DNA of 64,000 nucleotides from Deltaproteobacteria bacterium. GTDB lineage: Bacteria; Myxococcota_A; UBA9160; UBA6930. Made by a program: the position numbers and the translations under genes. Below the pieces are notes generated by a model. It did no database searches, was not told where the DNA came from, and was given only the letters and a program-made list of their open reading frames with translations. Shown here piece after piece: positions 20,280 through 29,566 of the stretch. The DNA is taken from the NCBI GenBank assembly GCA_016875395.1, contig VGRF01000001.1:95921-159920 (forward strand). Direction: 5' to 3'. Within the stretch, counting starts at the first letter, position 1. Each line of letters starts with the position of its first letter.

Positions 20280-21025
20280 TTGTCAGGCGACGCGTGCGCC
20301 CTCTGGCGCGCGTAGAGCCAAGCCGCGCCTCCCACGACGACCATCGTGATCCCGATCAGCTGCGCGCCGGTCAGCCCGAACGCCATCGGCGGATTCACAC
20401 GCAGCGTCTCGACGGCGAAGCGCCCGACTCCGGCGAGCACGCCGTACTCCGCGAACAAGAACGGGCTCGCTTTGCGGCGCCTCCACAGCACGATGCCGAT
20501 GAAGATCAGCCACGCGGTCTCGTACAGCTGGGTCGGGTGCACGGGCACGACGGTGGGCGGAGCGCCTTCCGGGAACGCGATGCCGTACCACGCGTCGGTG
20601 GGCTTGCCGTAGTCGTCGCCCACGAGGAAGCAGCCGATGCGCCCGCACGCTTGGCCGAAAGGGGCCGCATTCGCGACGGCTGCGGCCACGGAAGCGGTCG
20701 GGATCTTGTGGAGCCAGGTGCCAACCGTGACACCGATCGTTCCGAGGATCAGCCCGCCAAACCACACCATGCCGGCGCGGGAGAGCAGCGCCGGGAAGAA
20801 CTCAGCTTCCCCGCGCAGCGTGAACTCGATGGCGTAATAGAGCTTCGAGCCGAGCACGCCGAAGACGACCGCGTAGATCAGGATGGTGGACGACAGCTCG
20901 GGATCGAGCTTCATCTCGCGGAAGCGCCGCGCCACGACGTAGTCCGAGACGAGAAAGCCGATCGCGACCATCACGCCGAACGAGCTGATCGCGAAGCCGA
21001 ACGGCTCCCAAAGCACGGGGTACAT
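20276..21025 (-). CDS. lgt: Prolipoprotein diacylglyceryl transferase
   Basis: Polytopic membrane protein with an Lgt-like N-terminus (MYPVLWEPFGFAISSFGVM) and the HPTQLYE motif. Confidence 0.9.
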   Translation of the reverse strand: MYPVLWEPFGFAISSFGVMVAIGFLVSDYVVARRFREMKLDPELSSTILIYAVVFGVLGSKLYYAIEFTLRGEAEFFPALLSRAGMVWFGGLILGTIGVTVGTWLHKIPTASVAAAVANAAPFGQACGRIGCFLVGDDYGKPTDAWYGIAFPEGAPPTVVPVHPTQLYETAWLIFIGIVLWRRRKASPFLFAEYGVLAGVGRFAVETLRVNPPMAFGLTGAQLIGITMVVVGGAAWLYARQRAHASPDN

Positions 21026-21071
21026 GGCGCGGCACCCTAGGAGACTCGACTGCGCGCGTCATCGCGCGCGC

Positions 21072-22052
21072 TCAGCGCGCGATCGGGATCGTGACGTGTA
21101 CCGCGGCGCCCTCGCCGGGGATGCTCTCGACCCACGCGCGCCCGCCCCAGCGCGCGGCGAGGTCGCGCACGATCGCGAGACCGAGCCCGCGCGGACGCTC
21201 GCTCGCGGCATGCGCGCTGCTGTGGCCCGCCGCGAAGACGCGTTCGCACTCGCTGCGCGGGATGCCGACGCCGTTGTCGCGAACCGTCAGCGTCGCGACG
21301 TCGCCTCCGCAGCGAACTTCCACGCAGATCGTCGCATCGACCGGGTCGCCCATGTGATCGATGGCATTGTCGATCAAGTTCGACAGCACGCGATGGAGGC
21401 TGCCGGGCGCGCAGGCGAGCGCGGGCGCATCGAGCGGAGTCACGAGGCGAACGCCCTTGCGGTCGAGCTCCTGCTTGCGCTCGGCGCGAATCTCTTCGAC
21501 CACGCGGGTCACGTCGGCCAGCGGCTGGTGCGTCGGGTCGGCGGCTGACTCGATCAGCGCTTGGAGCGTTCCTGCGAAACGCTCGATGCGCTCGAGAAAG
21601 CTCACCGCGCGGGCCGTGTTGCCGCGCGCAAGCTCCTCGCGCGCAAGCCGAGAAAACCCGATCACACCGCACAGCGGAGAGCGCAGGTCGTGGGCGAGCG
21701 CGGCGACCCGGTCGGGCGCTGTCTCTTCCCATTCGACGTAGACGAGCGTCGCGTCTCCAAGCCGGGCGCCGTGCGCGCTCGCCCGGCGCGAAGATCCGTC
21801 CGCGTGGGCCAGCTCGCGGAGCTGGCGTTTGGGGCCGGCATGCGGGCCAAGGCTCAGGCCGAGCTCCTCAGCGGGACGGCCGAGGACCTCGCACGGGGTC
21901 GAGTAGCCGAGACCGCTCGCGATGCGCTCGGTCGCGGCGCGCACGACCCCCGCGGCGTCGACGAGCACGAGGGGCGCGTCGACGTACGCGACCAACTCCG
22001 CGAGCGACTCGAGTGCGCCGGTCGCATCCCACGGTTGCTTCACGATCGGCAC
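21072..22052 (-). CDS. Cytoplasmic PAS-histidine kinase (orphan)
   Basis: H-box LAHDLRSPLCGVIGF. ATPase boxes NLIDNAIDH, DNGVGIP, GLGLAIVRDL. No TM segments and no adjacent response regulator. Confidence 0.85.
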   Translation of the reverse strand: MPIVKQPWDATGALESLAELVAYVDAPLVLVDAAGVVRAATERIASGLGYSTPCEVLGRPAEELGLSLGPHAGPKRQLRELAHADGSSRRASAHGARLGDATLVYVEWEETAPDRVAALAHDLRSPLCGVIGFSRLAREELARGNTARAVSFLERIERFAGTLQALIESAADPTHQPLADVTRVVEEIRAERKQELDRKGVRLVTPLDAPALACAPGSLHRVLSNLIDNAIDHMGDPVDATICVEVRCGGDVATLTVRDNGVGIPRSECERVFAAGHSSAHAASERPRGLGLAIVRDLAARWGGRAWVESIPGEGAAVHVTIPIAR

Positions 22053-22310
22053 CTCGATCGCATCGGCTCAGCAATTGCCCCGCAGACACGCCCGCGGGGC
22101 ATCGAATCCTATCAACGCGGCATTTCGGGGGGAATCTCAATCACCTGAGCGAGGTGCTCGCATCTCCTTCGGAGCGCAGCCGACCGGCAGGCACAGTCTT
22201 TGGGAGTGCTCCCTCGCGCGCCCGTCCGATACGGTTCGACACCCCCCGCGATCGAACGCGCGCCCCCGGTCGCGCGATCGGCGTTGGGGGCGGCTTCGGG
22301 AGGGTCTTCA

Positions 22311-22841
22311 ATGACCCGAAACCAAGTACTCCTGCTCGTCGCGCTCTCGGGCTTCATGCTGAGCGGCAGTCAGCCGCCCGCGCCCGGTACGCCCGCCGTC
22401 TCGGCGGCGCCGCCCGAGCAGCATGAGCGCATCGTGGCCCGCATCGCTGGCCTGAATCCGCACCTGACGCCCGGCCAGCTGGATCGCATCGAGGCGGCGA
22501 TCGATCGCTACTCGGAGAAGTATGGGCTCGACCCGGTGCTCGTGGCGGCCGTGATCGAGGTCGAGAGCTCCGGCAAGCCGTGGGCGCGCAGCCCGGCTGG
22601 TGCGCTCGGGCTGATGCAGGTGATGCCGCACATGATCCGGCCCATGGGGATGGCCGGGAATCCGTCGACCGTCGAGGCAAACGTCGAGGCGGGCTGCGCG
22701 ATCCTGGCGAGCAACATTCGGCGCCTGGGCGAAGAGGACGGCATCTCGGCTTACTTCTGGGGCGGCAACATCAAGGGCCCCGGCTACCTGAACAAGGTGA
22801 AGGCCGCGCGGGAGCGCTTGCGAGCCGAGCTAGAGGCGTGA
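22311..22841 (+). CDS. Soluble lytic transglycosylase (SLT domain) protein
   Basis: Catalytic motif AVIEVESSGKPWARSPAGALGLMQVMP. N-terminal hydrophobic signal from ATG 22311. Confidence 0.85.
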   Translation: MTRNQVLLLVALSGFMLSGSQPPAPGTPAVSAAPPEQHERIVARIAGLNPHLTPGQLDRIEAAIDRYSEKYGLDPVLVAAVIEVESSGKPWARSPAGALGLMQVMPHMIRPMGMAGNPSTVEANVEAGCAILASNIRRLGEEDGISAYFWGGNIKGPGYLNKVKAARERLRAELEA

Positions 22842-22851
22842 CCTTGCGGCG

Positions 22852-23706
22852 ATGAGCGACCCGGCGCTGCGGCGAATCGAGGGCTGGCACACCGCGCCGG
22901 CTGATCTCGCGATCTTCCGCCGCGTCTGGCTCCCGGCGCTCGAGCCGCAGCGAGTGCTGCTGCTGGTGCACGGGTTCGGCGAGCACAGCGGGCGCTATGA
23001 CGAGCTCGCCGCCTGGTTCGCCGCGCGAGGCTGCGCGGTCTACGCCTACGACCTGCGCGGGCACGGGCGATCGGGCGGCCGGCGCACGCACGTCGCGTCG
23101 TTCGACGAGTACCTCGACGACCTCACCGCGATTCACGAGCTCGTGCGCGAAGAGCACCCGGGGCTTCCGCTCACGCTCGTCGGCCACAGCATGGGCGGCT
23201 TGATCGGGCTCGCGTATCTCGCGCTGCGCAAGCCCTCGCTGCGCGGCGCGATCATCTCCGCTCCCGCGCTCGCGCCGGATCGCGCGGTGCCCGCGTGGCG
23301 CTTGTGGCTGGCGCGCGCGCTGCGCCGGCTCGCGCCGCAGCTGGCGATGGCGAGCGGCCTCGATCTCAGTGGGCTCTCTCGAGACGAGGAAGTCTTCCGG
23401 CGCTACCTCGCAGACCCGCTCGTCGTCCGCACGATGACGGCCTCGCTCGGCGCCGAGCTGATCGCGATGGCGCCGCGGGTTCGCGCAAGCGCCGGCGCGA
23501 TCGACGTGCCTGTGCTGATGATGCACGGCGCCGCGGACCCGATTTGCATCGCATCCGCGAGCGAGGAGTTCGCCGCGCAGCTGCGGGCGCCGGGCAGCGC
23601 ACTGCGCATCTATCCGAATCTGCGCCACGAGATCTTCAACGAGCCGGAGCGCGAGCGCGTGTTCGGCGACGCGTGGAAGTGGCTCGAAAGTGAGGCGGGG
23701 ACATGA
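22852..23706 (+). CDS. Alpha/beta hydrolase (lysophospholipase / monoacylglycerol-lipase-like)
   Basis: HGFGEHSGRY, nucleophile elbow GHSMGG, C-terminal HEIFNE. Confidence 0.8.
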   Translation: MSDPALRRIEGWHTAPADLAIFRRVWLPALEPQRVLLLVHGFGEHSGRYDELAAWFAARGCAVYAYDLRGHGRSGGRRTHVASFDEYLDDLTAIHELVREEHPGLPLTLVGHSMGGLIGLAYLALRKPSLRGAIISAPALAPDRAVPAWRLWLARALRRLAPQLAMASGLDLSGLSRDEEVFRRYLADPLVVRTMTASLGAELIAMAPRVRASAGAIDVPVLMMHGAADPICIASASEEFAAQLRAPGSALRIYPNLRHEIFNEPERERVFGDAWKWLESEAGT

Positions 23707-24191
23707 GCGCGAAGCTCACGCACTTGGACGAGCAGGGCCGCGCGCGCATGCTGGATGTCGGCGCGAAGGAGGTGACCGAGCGCGTGTGCGTCGCGCGCGG
23801 CGAGGTGCAGATGGCCCGCGCGACGCTCGAGGCGATCACGAGCGGAGCGACGCCGAAGGGAGACGTGTTCGCGACCGCCCGCATCGCGGGCATCCAGGCC
23901 GCCAAGCGCACCGGCGAGTGGATCCCCCTCGCGCACCCGATGCCGCTCGACGCCGTGGAGGTGGTGCTCGTGCCCGATTCCGCCGCGAGCTGCGTGCGGG
24001 TCGAGGCGACCGTGCGCGCGCATTGGCGCACGGGCGTCGAGATGGAAGCGATGGTCGCCGTGAGCGCCGCGGGGCTCACGATCTACGACATGTGCAAGGC
24101 GATGGACCGGGGGATGTCCGTCACGGCGGTGCGACTCGTGCGCAAGAGCGGCGGCAAGAGCGGAGTGTGGGAGCGAACCGGCGAGAAATAG
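23703..24191 (+). CDS. moaC: Cyclic pyranopterin monophosphate synthase accessory protein MoaC
   Basis: LTHLDEQGRARMLDVGAKEVTER, KGDVFATARIAGIQAAKRT and IPLAHP motifs. 162 aa. Confidence 0.92.
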   Translation: MSAKLTHLDEQGRARMLDVGAKEVTERVCVARGEVQMARATLEAITSGATPKGDVFATARIAGIQAAKRTGEWIPLAHPMPLDAVEVVLVPDSAASCVRVEATVRAHWRTGVEMEAMVAVSAAGLTIYDMCKAMDRGMSVTAVRLVRKSGGKSGVWERTGEK

Positions 24192-24342
24192 CTGGCGCCT
24201 CGTGCAACTGCGGCGGAGGTTGCTGGTTCGAGACCGAGCGCATCGGCAGTCGCAGCGAATGCCGCGTCCGACGCTTCGTCTGTCATGATGATTTCGCCGG
24301 GCGGCGCCGGAACCGGCAGGGGGGCGCGGTGTCAGATCGCGC

Positions 24343-24996
24343 GTGGCATTCGTGACCGAACCGATTCTCCCGAGGACTGGCGCGACTGCCGCGCCGGCGG
24401 CGGCCGACGCGCAGGCGATCGACCCCGATCTTTCCCTGGTCGCGCGTTGGCGCGCCGGCGACGTGGTCGCCTTCAGCGAGCTCGTGCGGCGTCACCAGCG
24501 CAAAGTGTTCGGCATGCTCGCGCGCATGCTCGGCGACCGCGACGACGCCGCGGACGCGACGCAGGAGACCTTCCTCAACCTGCACCGGCACGGCCATCGG
24601 TTCCGCAGTGAGTCGCGCTTCTCGACATTCGTCTACCGCGTTGCGGTAAACGCGGCGCTGAATCGCAAGCGCAGCCAGACTCGCCGCCGCGCGCGCACCG
24701 AGGAGTTCGCGCAGGGTCAGCAGATCGGGCAGGCGCTGCCTTTCACGCCGCGTGGCCCCGAGGATGCGATCGGCGGCGGCGAGGTGCAGCAGCGCGTGCA
24801 ACGCTGTCTCGCCGCGCTGCCCGAAGCGCTCCGCGCGCCGGTCGTGCTCTACGACATCGAGGGCTTGAGCTACGGCGAGATCGCCGAAATCCTCCAGATC
24901 GCGGAGGGCACGGTGAAGTCACGCATCCATCGCGCGCGTCATGCGCTGCGGCGCGAGCTCGCCGACCTCGCGCGCGAAGTCGGGGCCGCGGAATGA
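24343..24996 (+). CDS. ECF (group IV) sigma-70 factor
   Basis: Region 2 (FSELVRRHQRKVFG, DATQETFLNLHRH) and region 4 (LSYGEIAEILQIAEGTVKSRIHRAR). Confidence 0.9.
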   Translation: MAFVTEPILPRTGATAAPAAADAQAIDPDLSLVARWRAGDVVAFSELVRRHQRKVFGMLARMLGDRDDAADATQETFLNLHRHGHRFRSESRFSTFVYRVAVNAALNRKRSQTRRRARTEEFAQGQQIGQALPFTPRGPEDAIGGGEVQQRVQRCLAALPEALRAPVVLYDIEGLSYGEIAEILQIAEGTVKSRIHRARHALRRELADLAREVGAAE

Positions 24997-25811
24997 TGCA
25001 CTGGCGCGCGCGGCGGCGGCTCTCCGAGTACCTCGATGGCTCGCTGTCCGAACGCGCGCAGCGCGCCGTCGCGATTCACCTCGACGCGTGCGCGCAGTGC
25101 CGCCGCGAGCTCGCCGAGCTGCGCGCGACCGTGCAGTTGTTGCGGTCGTTGCCAGAGCTCGAAGAGCCCGCATTTCTCGCGACGCGAATCGAGGCGCGCA
25201 TCGAAGCGGGGGAAGCTGCGCCGACGTGGCGCGATCGCGTGCGCGATCTCGCGGACGCCGCGCTCGCGAGCAACTGGATGCCGGCCGCGAGCGCAGTCGC
25301 CGCGCTGTTCGTGGTCGCGACGGCTCTGCAGGTCCAGGTGAACATTCAGCTGCCGTGGGCAGCGGCTCCGCCGCAGGTTCCGCAAGCACCGGCGGCCGCG
25401 CCGGCGCCGTTCTCTGCGCCTTCCTTCTCGCCCCCGCCCGTCACGCTCGTGTCGCGCGCCGAGGTTCCGCCGGGGGCGACGCCCGTACGTGAGCGCCGCC
25501 GCTTCGATCACTTCGTGCTGCAAGACGCATCGGGCGTGTGGCGAGCGTGCGCAGCGCGGCCCCGCGATGCCGAGTGCCGCAGCTTCCGGCGCCAGCTCGT
25601 CGACCTCGCGCTCGAGGATCCGCCGGTGTTCGTGAACGAAGTCGCAGCCTTCCCGCCGGCTTCGCAAGAGCGCGTGCTCAGCGCGATTTCGATGGAGGCA
25701 GCGCGCGCGGGTCATGCCGAGCGCGTCGTCGTGCGGCTGCGCGGCCTGCGCGACCCGCGCGTCGAAGGCATCGTCGTTCGCCTCGAGCGTCCGGCTCCGT
25801 CTCGCGAGTGA
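24993..25811 (+). CDS. Anti-sigma factor (zf-HC2 type, single TM)
   Basis: N-terminal H-x3-C-x2-C (HLDACAQC), a central hydrophobic helix (AASAVAALFVVATAL), and a 4-nt overlap with the sigma gene. Confidence 0.8.
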   Translation: MMHWRARRRLSEYLDGSLSERAQRAVAIHLDACAQCRRELAELRATVQLLRSLPELEEPAFLATRIEARIEAGEAAPTWRDRVRDLADAALASNWMPAASAVAALFVVATALQVQVNIQLPWAAAPPQVPQAPAAAPAPFSAPSFSPPPVTLVSRAEVPPGATPVRERRRFDHFVLQDASGVWRACAARPRDAECRSFRRQLVDLALEDPPVFVNEVAAFPPASQERVLSAISMEAARAGHAERVVVRLRGLRDPRVEGIVVRLERPAPSRE

Positions 25812-25854
25812 CCGCTTTCCGGCGGAGCGTGTGAGCCGCTGATAGGGTCGCCGC

Positions 25855-27057
25855 ATGCGTCGGCGACTTCTCAGGCAACTTGCTCGGCTCCTCGCAGCCG
25901 CGGTGCTGGCGAGTGCGACGCACGCGGAGTCGCGCGTCGATCTCGCGGGAGTTCGCGCCGCGCCGCTGCGCGATCGTCGCGTGGCCGACTCGCTGAGCGA
26001 CGCAGCACGCGAGCCGCGCGCGCTGCGCATCGACACGCAGCCCAGCGGCGTCCGCGTCGAGATCGCGTACCTGCGCGACGGCGTCGAGCTCGCGCGCGGC
26101 GCGGGGGAGTCGCCGCTGATCGCGCAGCTGCCGGCGCTCGCGCGCGCGGGTGAGCGAGATCGGCTGCGCGTGCGCGCCGACTCGGCGGGCTTCAGCTCGG
26201 TGGTGCGAACGCTCGCTGCGCGCAGCGCCGAGCCCGTGCTGCACGTCGAGCTCGAGCCGCTCCCGCCGCGCGAGCTTCGGGTCTCGCTGCTCGAGCTCGG
26301 CGACGTCGCGGAGCTGCGCATCGCGAGCGATCGCGCGCTCCGTGTGAGGCTCGCCGGAACGCCGCGCGGCGACCGACTCGTCTTCACCGGCGCCGCACGC
26401 GAAAGCGCGTTCGCCGCTGCGCTCGAGGCGCTGCACGGCGCTGCGCTCGCGAGCGCGCGCGCGAGGCCGCTCGGCGCGGACCTCGCGCTCGAGCTGGAGC
26501 GTGCGCCGAGCCACGCGAGCCACGAGCTGCGCCTGACCGCGCACGCGGCTACCGGCGGCGGACACGAGATCATCGCGCGCTGGATCCCGCCCGATCGCGG
26601 CGCCGCGCTGCGCCGTGCAGCGTCGCGCGCGCTGGAGCCTCTGACGGCGCACGAAGTGACGGGCTGTGCGCTCGCGTTCGAGCGCGAGCTCCGCGCCGCC
26701 GTCGGGCTCGACTCGATCGCGCGCGCGCTCGCGGGCGAGCAGCGCTTCGCGCGCGAGCTGAGCGCGCTCGCGCTGCAGCGAGTCGCCGAGCTCTCGCCCC
26801 GCGGCGAGCTCGGGCTCGTCGACGGCGCGCGGCTCGATCCCGCGCGCGCGCTCGAACGCGAGGTCGCGCTCGCGCGCGTCGCCGAGGTGAATGGCGCGCT
26901 CGCCGCGATTCGCGCGCTTGCGAACGGGCTCGCGTCCGCCGGCGCTGAGTCGCGCGCGCTGCACGCGTGGCTCGCGCCCGATCTACCGAGCGAGGCGTTC
27001 GCGTCGGCGCTCGCGCGAGCCGCGGCCGCAGAGCGAGCCTGCGCGCCCGCGCAATGA
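25855..27057 (+). CDS. Hypothetical secreted protein (400 aa, Ala/Arg/Leu-rich)
   Basis: Signal peptide MRRRLLRQLARLLAAAVLASATHA. Third gene of the ECF module. No family recognised. Confidence 0.5.
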   Translation: MRRRLLRQLARLLAAAVLASATHAESRVDLAGVRAAPLRDRRVADSLSDAAREPRALRIDTQPSGVRVEIAYLRDGVELARGAGESPLIAQLPALARAGERDRLRVRADSAGFSSVVRTLAARSAEPVLHVELEPLPPRELRVSLLELGDVAELRIASDRALRVRLAGTPRGDRLVFTGAARESAFAAALEALHGAALASARARPLGADLALELERAPSHASHELRLTAHAATGGGHEIIARWIPPDRGAALRRAASRALEPLTAHEVTGCALAFERELRAAVGLDSIARALAGEQRFARELSALALQRVAELSPRGELGLVDGARLDPARALEREVALARVAEVNGALAAIRALANGLASAGAESRALHAWLAPDLPSEAFASALARAAAAERACAPAQ

Positions 27058-27069
27058 CGACTTCGCCCC

Positions 27070-27777
27070 GTGGTCCCGCGGACGAACCCCATGCACGAAG
27101 ACGATCGCTCTCGCCTCCCGCGCGAGCGCCTGCTCGCTCACGGCGCCGCGCCGCTGAGCGACGCGGAGCTGCTCGCGCTGTTGCTGCGCACCGGAGCGCG
27201 CGGGCGCTCGGCAACTGATCTCGCGAGCGAGCTGCTCGCGAGCGCGAGCCTCAGCTCGCTCGCGCTGGCCGCGCCTGCAGAGCTCGCGCGCATCGCAGGG
27301 ATCGGCCCTGCCAAGGCGGGCAGCGTGCTCGCCGCGCTCGAGCTGGGCCGGCGCGCCGCGGCCACGCCGCTGCGCCGCGGCGACCGCATCGCGAGTCCTG
27401 AGGACGTCCATCGGCACTTTCACGCGCGGCTTCGGGATGCGGTCGCGGAGCAGTTCCACGTCGTGCTCCTCGACGCGCGGCATCGCGTGATCCGCAGCGT
27501 GCTCGCCTCGCAGGGCACGCTCACCGCGAGCCTCGTGCACCCACGCGAGGTGTTCCGTCCCGCGCTGCGCGAAGCGGCGGCTGCAATCGTGCTCGTGCAC
27601 AACCACCCGAGCGGCGACCCGACTCCGAGCCCCGAAGACCGCGAGCTCACGCGCCGCCTCGCGAGCGCGGGCAACCTGCTCGGGGTTCCGGTGCTCGACC
27701 ACGTGATCGTGGCCGAGCGCGGCTTCGCGAGCCTGCGCGAAGACGGCGAGATCGCGCCGCCACCGCGCGACCCGTGA
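27070..27777 (+). CDS. radC: RadC-like JAB/MPN domain protein
   Basis: N-terminal HhH region (PRERLLAHGAAPLSDAELLALLLRTG) and JAMM motif HNHPSGDPTPSPEDRELT. ATG 27091 is an alternative start. Confidence 0.88.
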   Translation: MVPRTNPMHEDDRSRLPRERLLAHGAAPLSDAELLALLLRTGARGRSATDLASELLASASLSSLALAAPAELARIAGIGPAKAGSVLAALELGRRAAATPLRRGDRIASPEDVHRHFHARLRDAVAEQFHVVLLDARHRVIRSVLASQGTLTASLVHPREVFRPALREAAAAIVLVHNHPSGDPTPSPEDRELTRRLASAGNLLGVPVLDHVIVAERGFASLREDGEIAPPPRDP

Positions 27778-27858
27778 CCCAAGCGGCGACGCGCAGGTGC
27801 GAGCCGACGCGCAGCTGGCGCAGTCAAGTCCGCGCGAGTCCTCTCCGAAAAGCGGGCC

Positions 27859-28203
27859 ATGGCTCGCCAGGTCACTCACACGGACCGCCGCCGCTCGCGC
27901 CGCGAGGGAGCGGAGATCTCCGTTCAGTACGAGAGCGTCGACGAGCTGTTCAGCGAGTTCACGCGCGACATCAACGAAGGGGGCGTCTTCATCGCGACCG
28001 AGCGCCCGCTCGATCTCGACGAACCGGTCTCGCTGAGCTTCCAGCTGCCGGGCGGTGAGCGCGCGATTCGCGTCTCCGGTCGCGTCGTGCGCGTGCAGAC
28101 GAAGGACGACGACGGTGTCGCTGGCATGGCGGTCGAGTTCGAAGCGCTCGACGCCACCGCGCGCCGCGCGATCGACGACCTCGTTCGCAGCTTGCGCCGC
28201 TAG
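27859..28203 (+). CDS. PilZ domain protein (putative c-di-GMP receptor)
   Basis: RRRSRREG (RxxxR) and DINEGGVF (D/NxSxxG-like) motifs in a 114-aa beta-barrel-sized protein. Confidence 0.7.
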   Translation: MARQVTHTDRRRSRREGAEISVQYESVDELFSEFTRDINEGGVFIATERPLDLDEPVSLSFQLPGGERAIRVSGRVVRVQTKDDDGVAGMAVEFEALDATARRAIDDLVRSLRR

Positions 28204-28245
28204 AGAGAACGCGCCGTCGCGCTGAGCCGTGCGCTCGCCCGGTAG

Positions 28246-28701
28246 CTAGAACGGGATCTCGTCGTCCGCGGGCGGCGGGCCGCCGTCGAAGCCGCCGCCA
28301 GCACTCATTCCGCCGCTGCCCTGGCCTCCGCCTTGGCCGCGCGGTGCACCACCACCACCGCCGTCGCGTCCGCCACCGATGAACTGCACGGTGTTCGCGA
28401 CGATCTCGGTCGTGCGCTGCTTCTGCCCCTCTTTGTTCTCCCACTCGCGCGTCTGGAGGCGGCCTTCGATGTAGACCGTGCGCCCCTTCGAGAGGTACTG
28501 CGCGCACAGCTCGGCCGTGCGGCCCCACGCGACGATGCGGTGCCACTCGGTGCGCTCCTCGCGTCCGCTGCCGTCCTTCTTGTTCCACGAATCGCTCGTC
28601 GCGATCGAGAAGTTCGCGACCGGCTGGCCGCTCGGCGTGTATCGCAGCTCGGGATCGCGCCCGAGGTTTCCAAGCAGAATGACTTTGTTGACGCTGGCCA
28701 T
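28246..28701 (-). CDS. ssb: Single-stranded DNA-binding protein
   Basis: OB-fold N-terminus [22 protein letters not shown], a Gly-rich linker, and the acidic tip DDEIPF. Confidence 0.95.
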   Translation of the reverse strand: MASVNKVILLGNLGRDPELRYTPSGQPVANFSIATSDSWNKKDGSGREERTEWHRIVAWGRTAELCAQYLSKGRTVYIEGRLQTREWENKEGQKQRTTEIVANTVQFIGGGRDGGGGGAPRGQGGGQGSGGMSAGGGFDGGPPPADDEIPF

Positions 28702-28796
28702 TTCGTTTCTCCGACGGAACTCGGGGTGTAAGCGGCATCTTGGTTGGCCGCGCGAGGGGCGTCAAGCAAGGACGCTAGGATCGCGCGCCAATTCGC

Positions 28797-29507
28797 ATGT
28801 TCTATTTCGTCCGCTTCTGTCTGATCGCGCTCTACACCGTCTTCTGGGGAGCGCTTGCGACCGTGGTCGCGCCGTTCAGCGGCGAAGCGATCGTGTGGAT
28901 CGGGCGCAATTGGATCCGCTGGATCTTCGCGACGAGCCGCATCGAGGTGCAGGTCGAGGGGCTCGAGCACGTGCGCGCGACGCCGTGCGCCGTCTACATG
29001 TCGAACCACCAGAGCGTGCTCGACATCGGCGCGATCATCGAAACGCTGCCCGTCTCGTGGCGCTTCGTGGCGAAGAAAGAGCTGACTTACGTGCCGTTCT
29101 TCGGCTGGGCACTCGCGCTGTCCGATCAGATCGTGATCGACCGCGGCAACCGGCGGCGCTCGGTCGAGAGCCTGCGGCGCGCGGCGGAGCGCGTTCGCGC
29201 CGGCGCGAACGTGATCATCTTCCCGGAAGGGACCCGCAGCCCGGACGGGAAGCTCCAGCCCTTCAAGAGCGGCGGCTTTCACCTCGCGGTCGACGCCGGC
29301 GTCCCGGTGATTCCCGTGACGGTGTCCGGCAGCGCTGCGCTCACGCCCAAGCACTCGCTGAAGGTGCTCTCGGGCCCCGTGAAGGTCGTGTACGGCGCGC
29401 CGATCCCCATCGCGGGCCCGCATGCGCGCGATCGCGAGGCGCTCAAACAGCGTGTCGCTGCGGCGATCGAAGCGGGATACGACGCGGAGTTGCAACGGAA
29501 TCGTTGA
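28797..29507 (+). CDS. plsC: 1-acyl-sn-glycerol-3-phosphate acyltransferase
   Basis: HxxxxD motif NHQSVLD, FPEGTRS, and an N-terminal TM segment. Confidence 0.88.
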   Translation: MFYFVRFCLIALYTVFWGALATVVAPFSGEAIVWIGRNWIRWIFATSRIEVQVEGLEHVRATPCAVYMSNHQSVLDIGAIIETLPVSWRFVAKKELTYVPFFGWALALSDQIVIDRGNRRRSVESLRRAAERVRAGANVIIFPEGTRSPDGKLQPFKSGGFHLAVDAGVPVIPVTVSGSAALTPKHSLKVLSGPVKVVYGAPIPIAGPHARDREALKQRVAAAIEAGYDAELQRNR

Positions 29508-29566
29508 CGCTCGCTCGCCGCGCTGGGTAGGCTGCGCGAGTTGCCCATCGCGGGGGTGAGGGGCGC

